Source: Diadema antillarum
Taxonomy: Eukaryota
Assembly: GCF_040938485.1 (NCBI RefSeq)
Contig: NW_027271177.1
Span: 310,001 to 374,000 of the forward strand
DNA: 64,000 nucleotides
Direction of reading: 5' to 3'
The notes beneath the pieces were generated by a model, which saw nothing but the letters and a program-made list of their open reading frames with translations, did not search any database and was not told where the DNA came from. The translations under genes and the position numbers were made by a program. This document shows positions 51,018 to 64,000 of the stretch, one piece after another; the stretch's first letter is position 1; the number at the start of each line of letters is the position of its first letter.

Positions 51018-51787
51018 TTAATGCAGATTTTGCCGCGAAACGTTATATCTCTGTATAGCGAATGCAATGTAAGAATACCGGGAGGGAATGATTCTTCCTC
51101 CAATTCATTGAATATCGGCAGAAAAGAATCATAAGTTTGTGATGAAGCAAGAAGTGCAATGATATCTGAAAATAACCTTTGTTCCGAAGCTTTGATAGCT
51201 TTTATATCTCTTTTCTTCAATTGCGTCAATACTTCTTTGCAAAAAAAAAAAAAAAATGCAGAACAGGGTGCCATGAATTATCATCTGTGAGGAGAAAAAA
51301 AAACACCTGTTGAATTCAATGTAAATTACATACACGGTTACATCATGGAATTACAATATCTCCATGGTTACATTGAAAAATATTTGACACGTACACGTAA
51401 AGCTCAGATTTGGTAAGGAGCAAGACATAAACAGTTGCTCTTCATTTAATATTGCCAACTTTCTAACATAATATAAACAAAGAATGAAAACGATGAATGG
51501 CATTCAGTGTTGGCCAAATATCCTCTCACCATACATGCTCACTTTTAAAGGAAGGCTACTTCTTCGATTTTGAGATTTTGTATACATGATTTATCAAAGT
51601 GCTACCAATCAATTAAAGCATACAAATTGACTTTGTATTTTCCTCTGTACGTATGTATGGTTATGTTAGACATGAGCCTACCTCAAATGAATAAACATAA
51701 AGTGAACCTTCCAAATGCTAGTATATCATTTGTGTGAAAGCACTCAATTTAATTCAATGCCAATCCATTCAGTAAAATTAATTTCAT

Positions 51788-51830
51788 TTCAATTCAATTC
51801 AATTCAATTCAATTCAATTCAATTCAATTC
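51788..51830. repeat. (AATTC)n simple repeat; (CAT)n/(CAA)n at 52723-52790; (GGA)n/(GA)n at about 56985-57030
   Basis: Read directly. Confidence 0.9.
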
Positions 51831-52745
51831 CATTCCATACCATTTAATCAAATTCGAGGATACTTTATTTTCATCGAGCAAGAGGTAATAGATAATGCGT
51901 AGTATACTAATGTTAATTCATATTGTTACACAATTTGAAAGAAGAGCAAATCAGAAAGTATAGCACAGAATATATCTATGGATAATAATACAACGAGAAA
52001 CAGTGCACACTTTGCAATGGTAAAACAAAAATAAAGAGAGTGATCTAGCAAAAAGCAGAGATTGTAAGAAGCAGATCACTCGAAAAATACCAATTACATA
52101 TTTATGCAAAATTAATCTGAATTATACTTATGCACTATCAAAACATTTGATAAAGTATAAGAAAATACAAACATTAACAATGTTACGACATAGACACTAT
52201 TTACTCAAATAGACCAAACCGCTCAATTCAACTGGAAACTAACAGCTTTATCCGTTCTTGTTTATACCTTGTATTACCTTGTACATAATGATTTAAAAGG
52301 GAAATCTCCAACGAAATATGATAAAGATGTCGCCACAGCGTGAAAGTGATTGAAAGGGAGCGTGCATAGCTGGGTTTCTTAAACACCAGCAGAATATATG
52401 CAATCAATTGCCATTTATTCAGTAAAGTTACCATTTCCAAGTGTCGAAAGCCTGCAGAAGTGATAATTAGTCATCTCAAAACATCTGCTCCATGGCAAGT
52501 CGTGACTTGGAGAAAACGTAATCAATCAAACTGCACTTGTGTCCTTTTTCTTCCGCGTTGGATACTAGTCCAGTTGGACACACTTCCCCGGCCATTACCG
52601 GCGAGACAGCAGCCTTACGTGTTGACGCGGAGTCTATAATTGACTATGAACTTTAACAAAAAGATTATATCTCACCATTTCGATTTTCATACTTTAAAAC
52701 AACAACAACATCATCAACGACATCATCATCATTATCATTATCATT

Positions 52746-52776
<31 letters not shown>

Positions 52777-54699
52777 ACAACAACAACAAAACAGGAGGAG
52801 AAAAGGTTGACTGCGAGCGGTGCAATGGTAACATGAATTCAATGTTCATGGCGAGTTGTGATTTGGAATGGCGATTGGTTTAGTGATGTAAGCCTAGAAT
52901 CAGAGGAACAAAGGACCTACTTGACTACGAAGATGAGTGTTAAACTAAAAAAAAAAAAGATTTTTTTTTTCTGAGCTGTTGTGTGTAGGACGTTGGATGT
53001 GGAGAACTATCACATAAAACTTAGATTTTCCTTCTTAGTGTGTGATGTAAAGAGTTAAAATGTTATTTTTGTTGTAGTTTTAGTTGTAGTTTTGTTGCTG
53101 TCGATGTCAGTCCTTCTTTCTCACGGTTGTTCTCCTTTTACTCTGGCCAACACTTTGTTTTTATTCTTCAATGTGACGTGCTTTCGTCGCCCTATCAAAT
53201 GCCCAGCAATTCACGCACCTGCAGCGGTCTTCTCACCTCCTTCTCTTGCTTACTTGGAAGCAAGAGTGCGTGAGTTCTCTCGCCACTCTCAATCAAAAGC
53301 ACCTGTCCGACAAGACGGGCCCAGTTTCCGGTATTGCTACTAGCATTCAAGTCTTCGCTCCCTCAAACAAGGAGCAAATTACTGGCCAATTTGCGTCTGA
53401 GTGAGTTCAATAAAGAGCACATTGGCAATCTATGCTTGCCTAATGCATTAATGGCACCAAATGGAAAGTGTGAGCCTCGCTCCTGCAAATTACCGCCGAG
53501 AATTTTACCCAATGTCTCTGATGAGTGTAGTTTTTAGTATGTGGATACACACTCTACACTACCGACGTGTTAGCGCCTGTTAATAACATTGACTTTCAGC
53601 TAAAATAGAGTCAGTTTAACGGCTGATATATAAAAAAGCGCTCTCCTCAATTAGCATGTGCTTTTAGCATGTGCTTGAATACGCTAATATGACCACTTAA
53701 ACTCTTGTAATAACTGTGATTCCACCATAATTTCAACCTCCCACAGCGACTTCTAATCTTTCATAGAAGATTTGAAATCGATGATCATGAGACGACTGCG
53801 ACCAAAATGCGCTTATGCTATGCAAATTTTTGCTCATTAAGGATTCTTTGTGTGCTTTTTGCATTTGGGGTTTTTTTTTGTACAGAGGTAAGCTTCATTA
53901 ATCAATTGAAACATTTCCTTGCATTGATTCGTCGAACAATAATTTTGATTTCCTAACTTGACAATGAAATGAAATGAAATGAAAATTTCTTGAAAATGAC
54001 TAATGAGGTCGAGAGTTACGCCTCATGCATGTGAATGTATGTGAGTCAGGTTGTTTGTTGTTGTTGTTGTTGTTGTTTTTTTTTTGGGGGGGGGGCATAA
54101 AGTAAAAAAATTATATATCCTGAGTTGAAAGTAGTGTGAAATCTTCACCTAGGACTAGATAATCGAGTAAGTTGGAGAAAGGAAATTAAGGCAATGGCTC
54201 TAACAGAAGACACCAATCAAAATTACGCAGTTTAAAGATGGTACGGTCGCAGGAGTGACGTTGCTACAAATCCTCTTCTCCTTATAGGCATTACAACACT
54301 GTATTTACCATTTGCAGATGAAGCAAAAACCCAGCTTTAGTGCTTCAAATTAGTTCTAAAATGTGAGTAAGGGATAGAAACAACCAATGTAAAGCTTTTT
54401 ATCATTATATTCAATGTTAAGTATTGCTAAATATACAAAATGTGAAAAAATAAGATTGTTGACAGACTACAGTTATGGTTTAGTGAGAAAAAAAGTGATA
54501 ATCCCTTTATGTTAGGCTTCGCATTGCGATTTTTTTTATATGGTAGGATGTTTTGTGATACAACTGACCTACATATATGCATGAAACGTGATAACTCGAA
54601 CATTTTTTTTTTAATCACTGCTCCCGATGGTAAACTGTACCTTTAAGTTATTTGCCTAGGTTTTATTTTTTAACGCGAATGAAAATGCTGGTAGTGAAT

Positions 54700-54930
54700 G
54701 CTGGACTGTATACCTTGGCATAGTGGATGAGATCCTGGGTCGTAAGAGGGTCATTCGTTCCAATCCTGCTTGATTACACGAGGTGATTTTCAACGATTTC
54801 CCTTCTAACCCAGCAGGTGTATACATGCACCTGGCAATAAATTCTGCACTAAGGGACTATAAATGTTGACAGCTTAGAGACCCTTTGTGAAGCTGTAACT
54901 CCAACACAGGAGAGAGTAAATGAAATCATT
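54700..54930 (+). mobile_element. tRNA-derived SINE (degenerate)
   Basis: A-box-like TGGCATAGTGG (54716-54726) and B-box-like GTTCCAATCC (54757-54766), followed by a non-tRNA body. No cloverleaf acceptor stem. Confidence 0.55.
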
Positions 54931-57639
54931 GTCATTATAGTTTATGAAATCTGCCAATTAAATTACGTCTTTGTCAATGACAGAATCGTGTCAGAAAAGG
55001 AAAGTCGACTGAATTTAAAAACTTAGGCTATTTCAGCTTCTTCAGTTTCAGCAATTGATAAAAGTGGTTCAGGGAAAACGGAGCTTATCATCAAAATACT
55101 TGTCACGTTTACCACTTTCTCCGAGGTGTAAAAGCCATCAAGAACCACAATCGATATAGGCCTACGTCTGTATGTCAGTGCTTCACACGTTATTCCCTCT
55201 CATACGTTTTTACGCCGATTCCTCGTCTTCACATGAAGAGTTTGATCGCAAAACGACTTAACCCTATTCTCGTTTAATTGAGATATTCACAAACAAATGT
55301 GTTAAAAACAAAGGAAATAATAAGAAAATATGGGATATTTGTAATCATGTTTTCATCAATAATCCTTCTTATGTAATAAGTAAGGTATCATTGGAAAAGT
55401 TTTATTTTGTTCTATCTGATGATGGACTTACTTGAAACTAATTTTTAGAAATGGCGCTTAGATCATTTTGCGATGAAACTCTTCACATGATCGTAAGTGT
55501 GGTAATTACTAAAACATGACTTCATAATTAGAGCTCATAACATAGCATTTCGAGTAGGCCCTATATGTGTTCTCTATATCAAATTTTCTTTTATAGTCTG
55601 GCTTTATGAATAATTTCAAGATCTTTAATAAATTTTCCAATATTTGATTTCAATTTCAATTCATTGTCATATTTCTCAATGAAAAAATAGATAAAATATC
55701 ACAAGGTACAAAAATGCATAATAATGATTATCTCTCTAGGATGCACAACAGATTATTAAAACACATAGAACACGGTGGTAAGTCAATTAAAATTTTGATC
55801 TAACTGTAAATGCTTAAGAAATATGCTGGAACCTACTTAACTACTTGACGTACATGTGTGTTTCCGCAATTGATGGAGAGATTTCAAACATCGTCAGTAT
55901 GGTTATTATGCTGTGGCTATGAACGAAGAGAGAATTGTGTAGTTCTGTACTAAATTGATTGCTAAATATGCATATTGCCAAATCATATTTGAACAGTGCG
56001 CTTGTTTCGTCATTTATGCTTTAAACACTGAGATATCAGATTATGTTCAAATTCAGTCAAGGTTATTTCTATTGTTCATATTTTCCACGACATCAAACAT
56101 TCATGCCATGGTGTTTCTATGTGTTGTATCATACATAATTCATGCTAACATGTTTATGAGTGTGTAGTGTGATAAAGATGACCCGATGACTGCAATATCA
56201 ATCAGTTATCAGCTTTCTGAAAACGAATCATTTCAATCAATATATTATTCGCCATCAACGTGAATATCGTTATTTGTCTTGAGCTCTCACGTTTCGTTAT
56301 TCACACTCACGTTTTTCTTTAGTTCAAGAAGCAGTGAAATTATGAGCAGGTGGATGAGACGAAGGCAGAATACGTGGGCTATGAAAGGAGATTGATGTTC
56401 CGCTGAGGAGCTGTAACTCCCTTAATATCACTTCGATCTATAATGGGCAGCAAGATGCATCGTTCACGTTTGAATCAAGACAGAGATCATTCTTTTGCGG
56501 CATTTGAAGCAGCGATTCAGAAGAAATGCATACAGTGGCTTTGATTATCTTCTTGTGAAGTATCAGCTAAGTAATTGCGTGTTTGAGTTAAGAATCGACT
56601 GCCCTAGACGCTATTTACAAAAAGGACGAGAATTTGGGAAGAAAACTTAGCAAAAAAAATAATAAATAGATAAAAAATCAGTTTTTGTATTCAAATCTTA
56701 ATTTTCGACTTCTGTTTGAAATGAAATGCATACATATAGAAATTTAGATATGAGGAAATATGACTATTTTACTCAATAAACCATAACTGTTGACAATTTA
56801 TTCTATGGATAATTTTATTATAACTATTGTGCACGTACTTAACATTGATTGTACAGATTAAAATTGTGACATTGGTTGTCTCTATCCCTACCTCACATTT
56901 TACAAGTATTTTGAAGCACTAAAGCTGGGTCTTTGTTTCATCTGCAAATTGTAATGCCTTCAGTACAGAGAGATAAATAGAGAAAGGAGGAGGAGGAGGA
57001 GGAGGAGGAGGAGGAGAGAGAGAGAGGGAGAGATGGGAAGGGGTGAGTGGTAAACTAATGAAGGCTATAAGCTAAAAGTGAAGTCTTTCCAATTCTGATT
57101 CGATCGTCCTTCCTCCAACTCTGTATGTTTTTATGCGAATCATTAAAGAGTTACCCCCACGAAGACCCTTGGTGGGATTCTCTCTTTCTCAGCCCAAGCA
57201 CTACTGTAAGTGACCGCGGGCAAAGGACCTTGTGTTATCTTCTTTAAGACAGAGAGAGAGTGTGTGTGTAAAGGAAGTGTACCATAGGTGCGCTAGCTTG
57301 TTATTAGCATAACAATAGATGGTTTATAGCGGGCTGTCAGGCCATCCTCTACAAGATTGGTACACAGTATCGCAGCAAAAGGTGCTGTCGATATTGCAAT
57401 AAGACACAAACAACAAACGAATAAAAAAACTGAAATCAACAGGCTGAATATATTCCACCATATTCAGCTAACCCGAAAATCTTAACATATTGTTTTTAAA
57501 GGAAGTAAACTAATAAATTTTACTTCTTTTTTTTTGTTCTTGATCTCCAAATGCTCGTCAATTCTTATCATAAGAAAATATAAATCGATGAGTAAACGTA
57601 TGAAATGAGGTAGAAAGGAAGCATATATATATGTACATA

Positions 57640-57691
<52 letters not shown>

Positions 57692-57827
57692 CATATAATC
57701 TAACGAAAACGGAGAAACTCAAAAAGTTTACAACGATGAAAGTCGAACCAAAACTATATACTGGTACTGGTAACAGCAGAAGGAGTAGCAGAAAAGGTAC
57801 AATTTCATGGATCCAAAAACACTAGTC

Positions 57828-57875
<48 letters not shown>

Positions 57876-58868
57876 ACGATGTACGTCTTGTGTACCAGTT
57901 ACGTTGTTATTATCATATTTTATTTTGTAGCAAAATAACGATCAGAAAACAAAAACACCAACAATTTAGATTTAACATTGATTGCTGACGGTAACTTACT
58001 TTGAAGAACATTAAGAGAGTATTTCCTTGACCAACTGTAATTTCACTTCCGCTCCTACACGAAAAAAAAAAATGTGTGCTAATTTTAAGGTGACTAACTA
58101 ATCTAAATGGATTCTAAATCTAGTAGATAAAACTCTTTGGAAGTGTTTTTAAGCTTGTTGATATAAAGGAAAATTTAATTAATAATCTATTCAGAGTATT
58201 ATGTACAGGTATTCAATGTATAATTCTTCAATGTGTTACCATTTTAGATTATCTTGGACAATGAGTGACAAGCATTGACAAGTATGCGATTTTCTTATAG
58301 ATTTTCCACTGAGACATTGATATTTTGATAATGGTTGTGATTACAATGGAATGATTGAGACAGAAAAAAAATCTTTATAAACACATAAATGATTACATGC
58401 ATGCGTGATTAGTTTTAAAAAAAGATTTTCAAAATTATCTACTTCTTTGGCTTAGATACAATAATAATCTCAAATTTGAAACCTTAAATGGCTTCCACCT
58501 ATTGTATTTGAATATCATCACTTGATTACATTGTGTTGTTTCTAGGTAAACAGCAACGATTCCCTAATTGAACACTCCTGCCGAAAAACTAGGTAGACCC
58601 ACTTACATACTTTCATCGAGGGGATTTGATTTTATTGTTTCTACGTTACATTCATACATTGATAATTGTAAGATACTTTGTGGCTGTTCTTTAGTATATA
58701 CTTTCATGACACACCTTATAGGTTCCCACCCCCTCCCCTCTCCCCCTCTTCCTCATCCCCCTCTCTTCTTCTCTCTCTCTCTCCTTTCTTCCGCGGCCTA
58801 GCGGGCTGCTAATGCTGCATATAACTGAGTGGTAGGGAGAGCGCCTGTTGTTCGCTGGGCTGTGTGGG

Positions 58869-58874
58869 TATAAA
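58869..58874 (+). promoter_or_regulatory. Candidate TATA box of a proximal Nav promoter
   Basis: gTATAAAggcg in a GC/CpG-richer patch about 850 bp upstream of the ATG, followed by strong GTAAGT donors at 59125 and 59191. Confidence 0.35.
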
Positions 58875-59724
58875 GGCGCTGACCACGTACAAAGGAGCGC
58901 TCCATGGTAACCTACGTCAACTAACGGGGCAAAGATGACCCCCTCGAGTTAAGTCCCAAATACTTTCTGGACACAAACAATAGGAGGGGGGAGATTACTC
59001 AAGATAGAACGTTGTTGACTCAAGCACATCCCGTCCGCCATCAGTAAGAGTTACGGGACAGTTTGAAGCATTACCTCCAACATCGCTGAGAATCATGGAA
59101 TGATGTAGATTTTCATGCCTAAAAGTAAGTAACAATTACGATTCTTCGATATACCCAAGGCCAATCTTTTCAGGATTTGTATCAGGTTTGGTAAGTAATA
59201 ACTTCTGAGCAGATTTTGATATGTTTGTCGGCATGTGGTTGGTGCTATGGCGCAGATGTTGACGGTGTGATATTTACTAATCAATAGCTACTGTTTCCTT
59301 TACCCCCTATACAGATCACAGCGAGCTTATCCCATCTAGACAACGGGTAGCCGAGAGGAACATCCTCACAGACATATTTCAGAGGTTCTTATCTTGGATA
59401 TAATACATGCAGCGAGTGTAAACTTTGAAGAGGATATTGGTTAAAGTGATCAGAGCCTGATTTCAGCTGCTCGGTAAATATTTCTATTGGTGTCGGCGTG
59501 ATAAACGTTAGGTTTTGCCGATATCTCGATTGAACACTTCTCCACTGCGTGGTTCGCCAGTCCACCTTGAATGTCTGCAAAATGGTAAAACCATCATGGC
59601 AACCCAAGAGAAATATCTGATTGTCTGGACGAAAGCTCATCGTAAGATTTCTGACTTATCATAGAACAATCCTCCTCTAGGATTTTTAAGGGACAGTTTT
59701 TTAGGGGACCGCCCTGCAGCAATC

Positions 59725-60033
59725 ATGGATGCAACACCCGCCGTTATCACCAAGGCTAATATCGACAACATCAACTACAGGAAACTCACTCGGGAGGCCA
59801 TCGAGGAGGGCGACGAGAGGTACTATGCCAAGCTCGAAAGAAAGAAGCTCGTCCAGTCTGGCAAACATCCCGAACTCGAGGATGAAGAGGAGGAGGTGGA
59901 GGAACATGGCGGTATCGAGATCGATACCGAGTTGGACGCGGGCTGCGTGGTACCAGCCAAGCTCGGTCCTTTCCCCAGGAAGCTCTTGAGCACTCCTCTG
60001 GAAGAATTCGACAAGGGACGGGAAGACGACAGG
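59725..60033 (+). CDS. Voltage-gated sodium channel alpha subunit (probably Nav2-type), first coding exon
   Basis: Acceptor tttttag at 59704; atcATGG start. YRKLTREAIE...ELDAGCVVPAKLGPFPRKLLSTPLEEFD resembles the Nav N-terminus (FTRESL...DLEAGK.LP..YG.PP....PLEDLD). AGG|GTAAGC donor, phase 0. Confidence 0.88.
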
Positions 60034-63000
60034 GTAAGCAAAATATACCAAAATATCATGTTCAAATCTCTACAACGTTATTATTCCTTTTCAGTTCCAT
60101 GTACTTTGGAACATAATATCATGATATATTATTGGTGATAGTAAAAACTTCATTAAAGCGAAAAGTTTGAATCACCTGGATCACATACCTGTGGTGAGAT
60201 AATGTAATCGCGTAATACACTTGTACGTTCCCTTTTGTCTGCCATTTCCATGCCGCTTATGAAATTTCAGCAATTCTGAAACCAAACCATTGTTTTGTTA
60301 TAAAAGGGATGCGTTTATACCTGTAGCTACTACTCTTTTTAATGATGCTTTAATAACCCATGAAGAATTTGAAGATAACTAAATTTGTAGTGGTTTATAC
60401 AAAAACTGAAGAGGAATATACACAGATATTACATAAGCTCATGTTTAAATACATATTGTATTTGTATTTACACATACACGTATCCATAAAACTGCTGTTA
60501 TGCGAGGACTTTCATAAATTTACATCCATGCTTTACGGAGTTTAAGATCAAAACCTTAATATCATCACATATAAAAGTTCACCTTTAAAAATACATTATA
60601 TGTAAACATAATTATTTTGAAAATAAGCCTGCTATCATTTCCAACAACACTTTGTTGTAAAAATCATAAATGAAATAACATGAAAATGAATGACGATATT
60701 TGTAACATAATACAACACTAAACAAATCATATCGTAATCCTCTTAAGTAAGGGTTAAAGCATGACCTTAGGTATCCATTTCTTCCTTACACCTCAAATTG
60801 TGAGGGAAATTAAGCAGAACGACTGATATAAAGTAATGTGTATTAGCATGTCCTGGTACAGAGCATAGAAACTAAAAGATTTATCAAAACACAGATAAGA
60901 ATTTTGACATCTGCGGCCGTATATCATTGTAAATTTCATGGGGGTCGCGTTTATTCCTTGGCATATGCAGAGGGAACTGCCGTCTTAGAAGCGACAAGGT
61001 GGTCGCCATTTTGTCTCCACAGCAAACAGTAAGAGCGAAGAAAAAAGAAAGACGAAAATGTCTATTCGCTCTATTCAAAGGTTCCTCCATCTTGGTTTTC
61101 TGTCTTACCACAGTATTTGTTGGGCGGGATCCCGGGCAGCCAAGCAAACAAATAGATAGACGACAAAGGAAAAGAAAGGCAACTCTATTTAGAATATTGA
61201 TCAAAACCAACGTGACGTCAGCAGTTAAAAAACAGTCGTAGGTGCTGTCAGAAACCCCGCGTTTCCTCCGCGGGCCTGCGCCAAACTTTTCATCTGTATT
61301 TCAACATCATCTAACATCATAGCTGTATTCTATGACAACTAACCTTCTGACTATCAATATCAAGCATTATTTAGCGTAAACAATCTACTCATTAAAGAAA
61401 GTAATAGCATTAATCTTGAGACGATCCAAATTACAAAACAGGGAACAAAATGTCGCGACTCCGCCATCCTGTTTGCTGGCATTCGCGCTGTCTAATTAAA
61501 TATTAATGTCATATTGATTGCTCCAAGAAGATGCGGTCTAGGCATGTGCCCTGAATATAAAAAATTGCGTGACAACGAATGCACATTATTCTACTGCCAT
61601 TGAAAGCGGCCTACTGCTGAGTGAGAGAGTTATTGGTCTACGTGGCCTGTAGTCAAGATTGAGCTGATAGCAAAAGACGCGTACGGTAATTTAGGAAATC
61701 CTCAGGAAACAACAACAACAACGACATCAACAAGAGAAAGAGATAAACTATCATTCACTGGTCTACTCATTAGCTTAACATACATAAGTAACTCGCATAC
61801 AAGTGCTTTGACGTAACGTCTTGATGAAAATCTTCCTTAGTTGGAAAGATTTCAGGTTTTGTTACTCAGTCCATGGGTTTGTTTTACTAAGAGAAAATAC
61901 TCTGTGCTAAGAAAAGCATAAAAAAGAATATATACAGAAACATTCCGGCATTTCTCTTCGGTTATGCAATATGAAAACTCCTAACTGTTCAACTTCCATT
62001 ATGTAGTATAAATATATATATGTACCATTATGCACTTTTCATTCAACCACCGCTGTGTTACTCTTATGACAAAATCGAAGTTCTTAACAATATTGCTCCT
62101 TGTCGACCTCATGCATCCAATCATTGTATTTGGTACTTAAACAAATTGTTAAAAAGGTTACAAACCATTGTTAATTGGTGTAATCACACATTGATCGAAA
62201 AATATACTGCTTAAGTAGCTGTCTTGTATTCGATGCAGCGACTGATCTGAATTTCGGCTTCCCTCGTGAAATTGATTCCGAAATGCCTTTTAAATCAAAG
62301 ATGTCGAGACGATGATCCCCACTGGGAGCAGCAGGTATGCATTCAGGCTTCTTGCTCTGAAGACAAAGCATTGTTGAACAGTGCCAACAATTAAGAACCA
62401 CATCATTCCCAACCAAAGTTTAACAAACAAAAATACCCGCATACAACTCCCTCGCACATGTACTTTATTGTCAATTAGCATCAGCAATGCGCACATACAT
62501 GTACGTGAAGATGTCAATGGTTGTGACGATAGCACTGAGTTCACTGCCGAGCAAGACAGAGTTTACACGTCAAAGGGATGTCGCAGGAGCACTTTTGTAC
62601 ACTGAGTGCTATGTGTAATTTGCTCTGTCTTTGAAAATTTAGCAGAGCCAGTGAAGGTGCCAATAGGTCAATATTTGACTACCTGGTAGAAGAGAAAGAA
62701 GAAGGGTACAGATGCAGTGTACTATCGTAAATTCCATTAGCAGAGATTGGCTAATCTTTCAAAGAGCGATTGGATCAGTAAACACAACGGAAGTAAACTT
62801 GTATCAGCGGTTACGTTGTGTAATTTTCATGCATTGTACCTGTTGTAGCAATCATGTTGTCAGAACTTCAGATTTTTTGTGTTTTTCTTCTCTGTTTAAG
62901 GCCCTTTACAGCAACTCGAAATAACCGTAAATATATAAGATATTTTGAAGCTGGCGAAGATAATGCCGTGCTTAAAGCAGAAGAGTCAGTACCTAATTAT

Positions 63001-63806
63001 CATCAGATGGCAATTCAAGCCTCTCTCCGAATTGATCGTTTGAATTAATCAGCATTAAAAATGTTTCTTGGCACGCAGGTCGTCTCGAAGGCCTCATAGC
63101 GTAACCATGGAAACGCTTAGTTAATCAGTCGAAGTCACTGGCTATTATGAACGATATTCCTTATTTCGTTCTGAGAGCAGTAACGACTTGAATAAGAAAA
63201 AAAATATTGAGAAAGATAGATAAAAGGCGGATGAAGGGGAAGGCTGGGTGGAGGGGTGACTTTATTTGCTCGTAATGGTGGTAATTTGACCATGTAATTG
63301 GTATCTCCTTCACATAATGAACGAGTTCGCGACAGAAGGATTACGTCCATGATGTTTACTGTTCATCTTTTCACCCCTCACCAAATAGTTATTACCAACG
63401 TCGTCACTTAAAGTGCCAACACTAGGTGACGCCATCTCCCAAACTCTTGCCGTCATGACTGCAATATTGAGTACATCTAATATTTATGTCACGATCGATA
63501 ATGGGATGTTTCTTTTCCACTCTTTCCTCGAAACATGTTCATGGCATAATGATTAAAAGAAATTCCTGAATGCAGCATGTCTTCTCAATGTATCACCTTA
63601 TGAATGCATTGTTGTAACATTTTCTTTGGCTGTGACGTATGCAAGTTAACATACAGGCAAACACTTTTTTTTTTTGTTAATAGACGTAATGGGATCATTA
63701 CAGTAGTTAGACAATATTCTTATTTTGAACTTCATGTCACGTTATGTAACTATGTTAGCATACCATTCAATATTTTCATACCTTCTATGTTCATTTCTAC
63801 CTGCAG

Positions 63807-63934
63807 ACGTTTGTGGTGGTGGCGCGAAAATTCAAGAGCACGCAAATATTCCGCTTCACGACAAACAAAGGCTTGTGGTGTCTATCTCCCCTGAACCCAC
63901 TCCGAAGGCTGATGATCAACATCTACACCAACCA
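63807..63934 (+). CDS. Voltage-gated sodium channel alpha subunit, second coding exon; gene continues beyond the window
   Basis: ctgcag acceptor. TFVVVARKFKSTQIFRFTTNKGLWCLSPLNPLRRLMINIYTN(Q) matches Nav TFIV...IFRFSAT..L..LSPFNP.R...I.I..H. Ends in phase 2 at ATATCCTTT. Confidence 0.93.
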
Positions 63935-63943
63935 ATATCCTTT
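63935..63943 (+). other. U12-type (minor spliceosome) AT-AC intron 5' splice site
   Basis: ATATCCTTT follows the exon immediately, at the position of the known AT-AC intron 2 of vertebrate SCN genes. The branch point and AC acceptor lie outside the window. Confidence 0.88.
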
Positions 63944-64000
63944 GCCATGGCAACATAATTTCTCCTCTAGAATTAGAATTAGATATGAATATTCATTTTT

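Noticed and set aside
54716-54790. Possible tRNA gene
   Set aside because: A- and B-box-like motifs are present, but I found no acceptor or anticodon stems; better explained as a SINE head.
48000-60000. RE1/NRSE (REST) silencer expected near a sodium channel gene
   Set aside because: No convincing TCAGCACC..GGACAG match found by eye.
62220-62340. Possible cassette exon in Nav intron 1 (tgcag...cag|GTATGC)
   Set aside because: Immediate in-frame TGA and no Nav similarity.

Overview
AT-rich, repeat-dense metazoan DNA. The repeat content and gene set suggest an echinoderm such as a sea urchin (inference). There are three short N gaps. Four protein-coding loci can be read from the sequence. (1) A complete six-exon, minus-strand bicistronic MOCS2 gene (19079->11818) encodes both molybdopterin synthase subunits. 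Here MOCS2A (92 aa, ending PPLSGG) and MOCS2B (153 aa) do not overlap. They lie in the same spliced reading frame, separated by one TAA and an open 28-29-codon linker, and a 6-codon uORF overlaps the MOCS2A start. (2) An intronless CHST1/3/4-like carbohydrate sulfotransferase CDS (25485-26723,+). (3) A two-exon, two-TM protein resembling the plant APD1-4 (DUF4792/DUF4793) ligases, but with two PPxY motifs in place of the RING (42379-45411,+). (4) The first two coding exons of a voltage-gated sodium channel alpha subunit (59725-63934,+), ending at a U12-type AT-AC 5' splice site. The rest is intron or intergenic DNA with MITEs (Tc1/mariner-like, PIF/Harbinger-like with CWG TSD, Kolobok-like with TTAA), LINE and SINE fragments, a Penelope-type minimal hammerhead ribozyme, a transposon-like relic ORF, tandem duplications and microsatellites. 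All family assignments come from motif recognition; no database searches were run.
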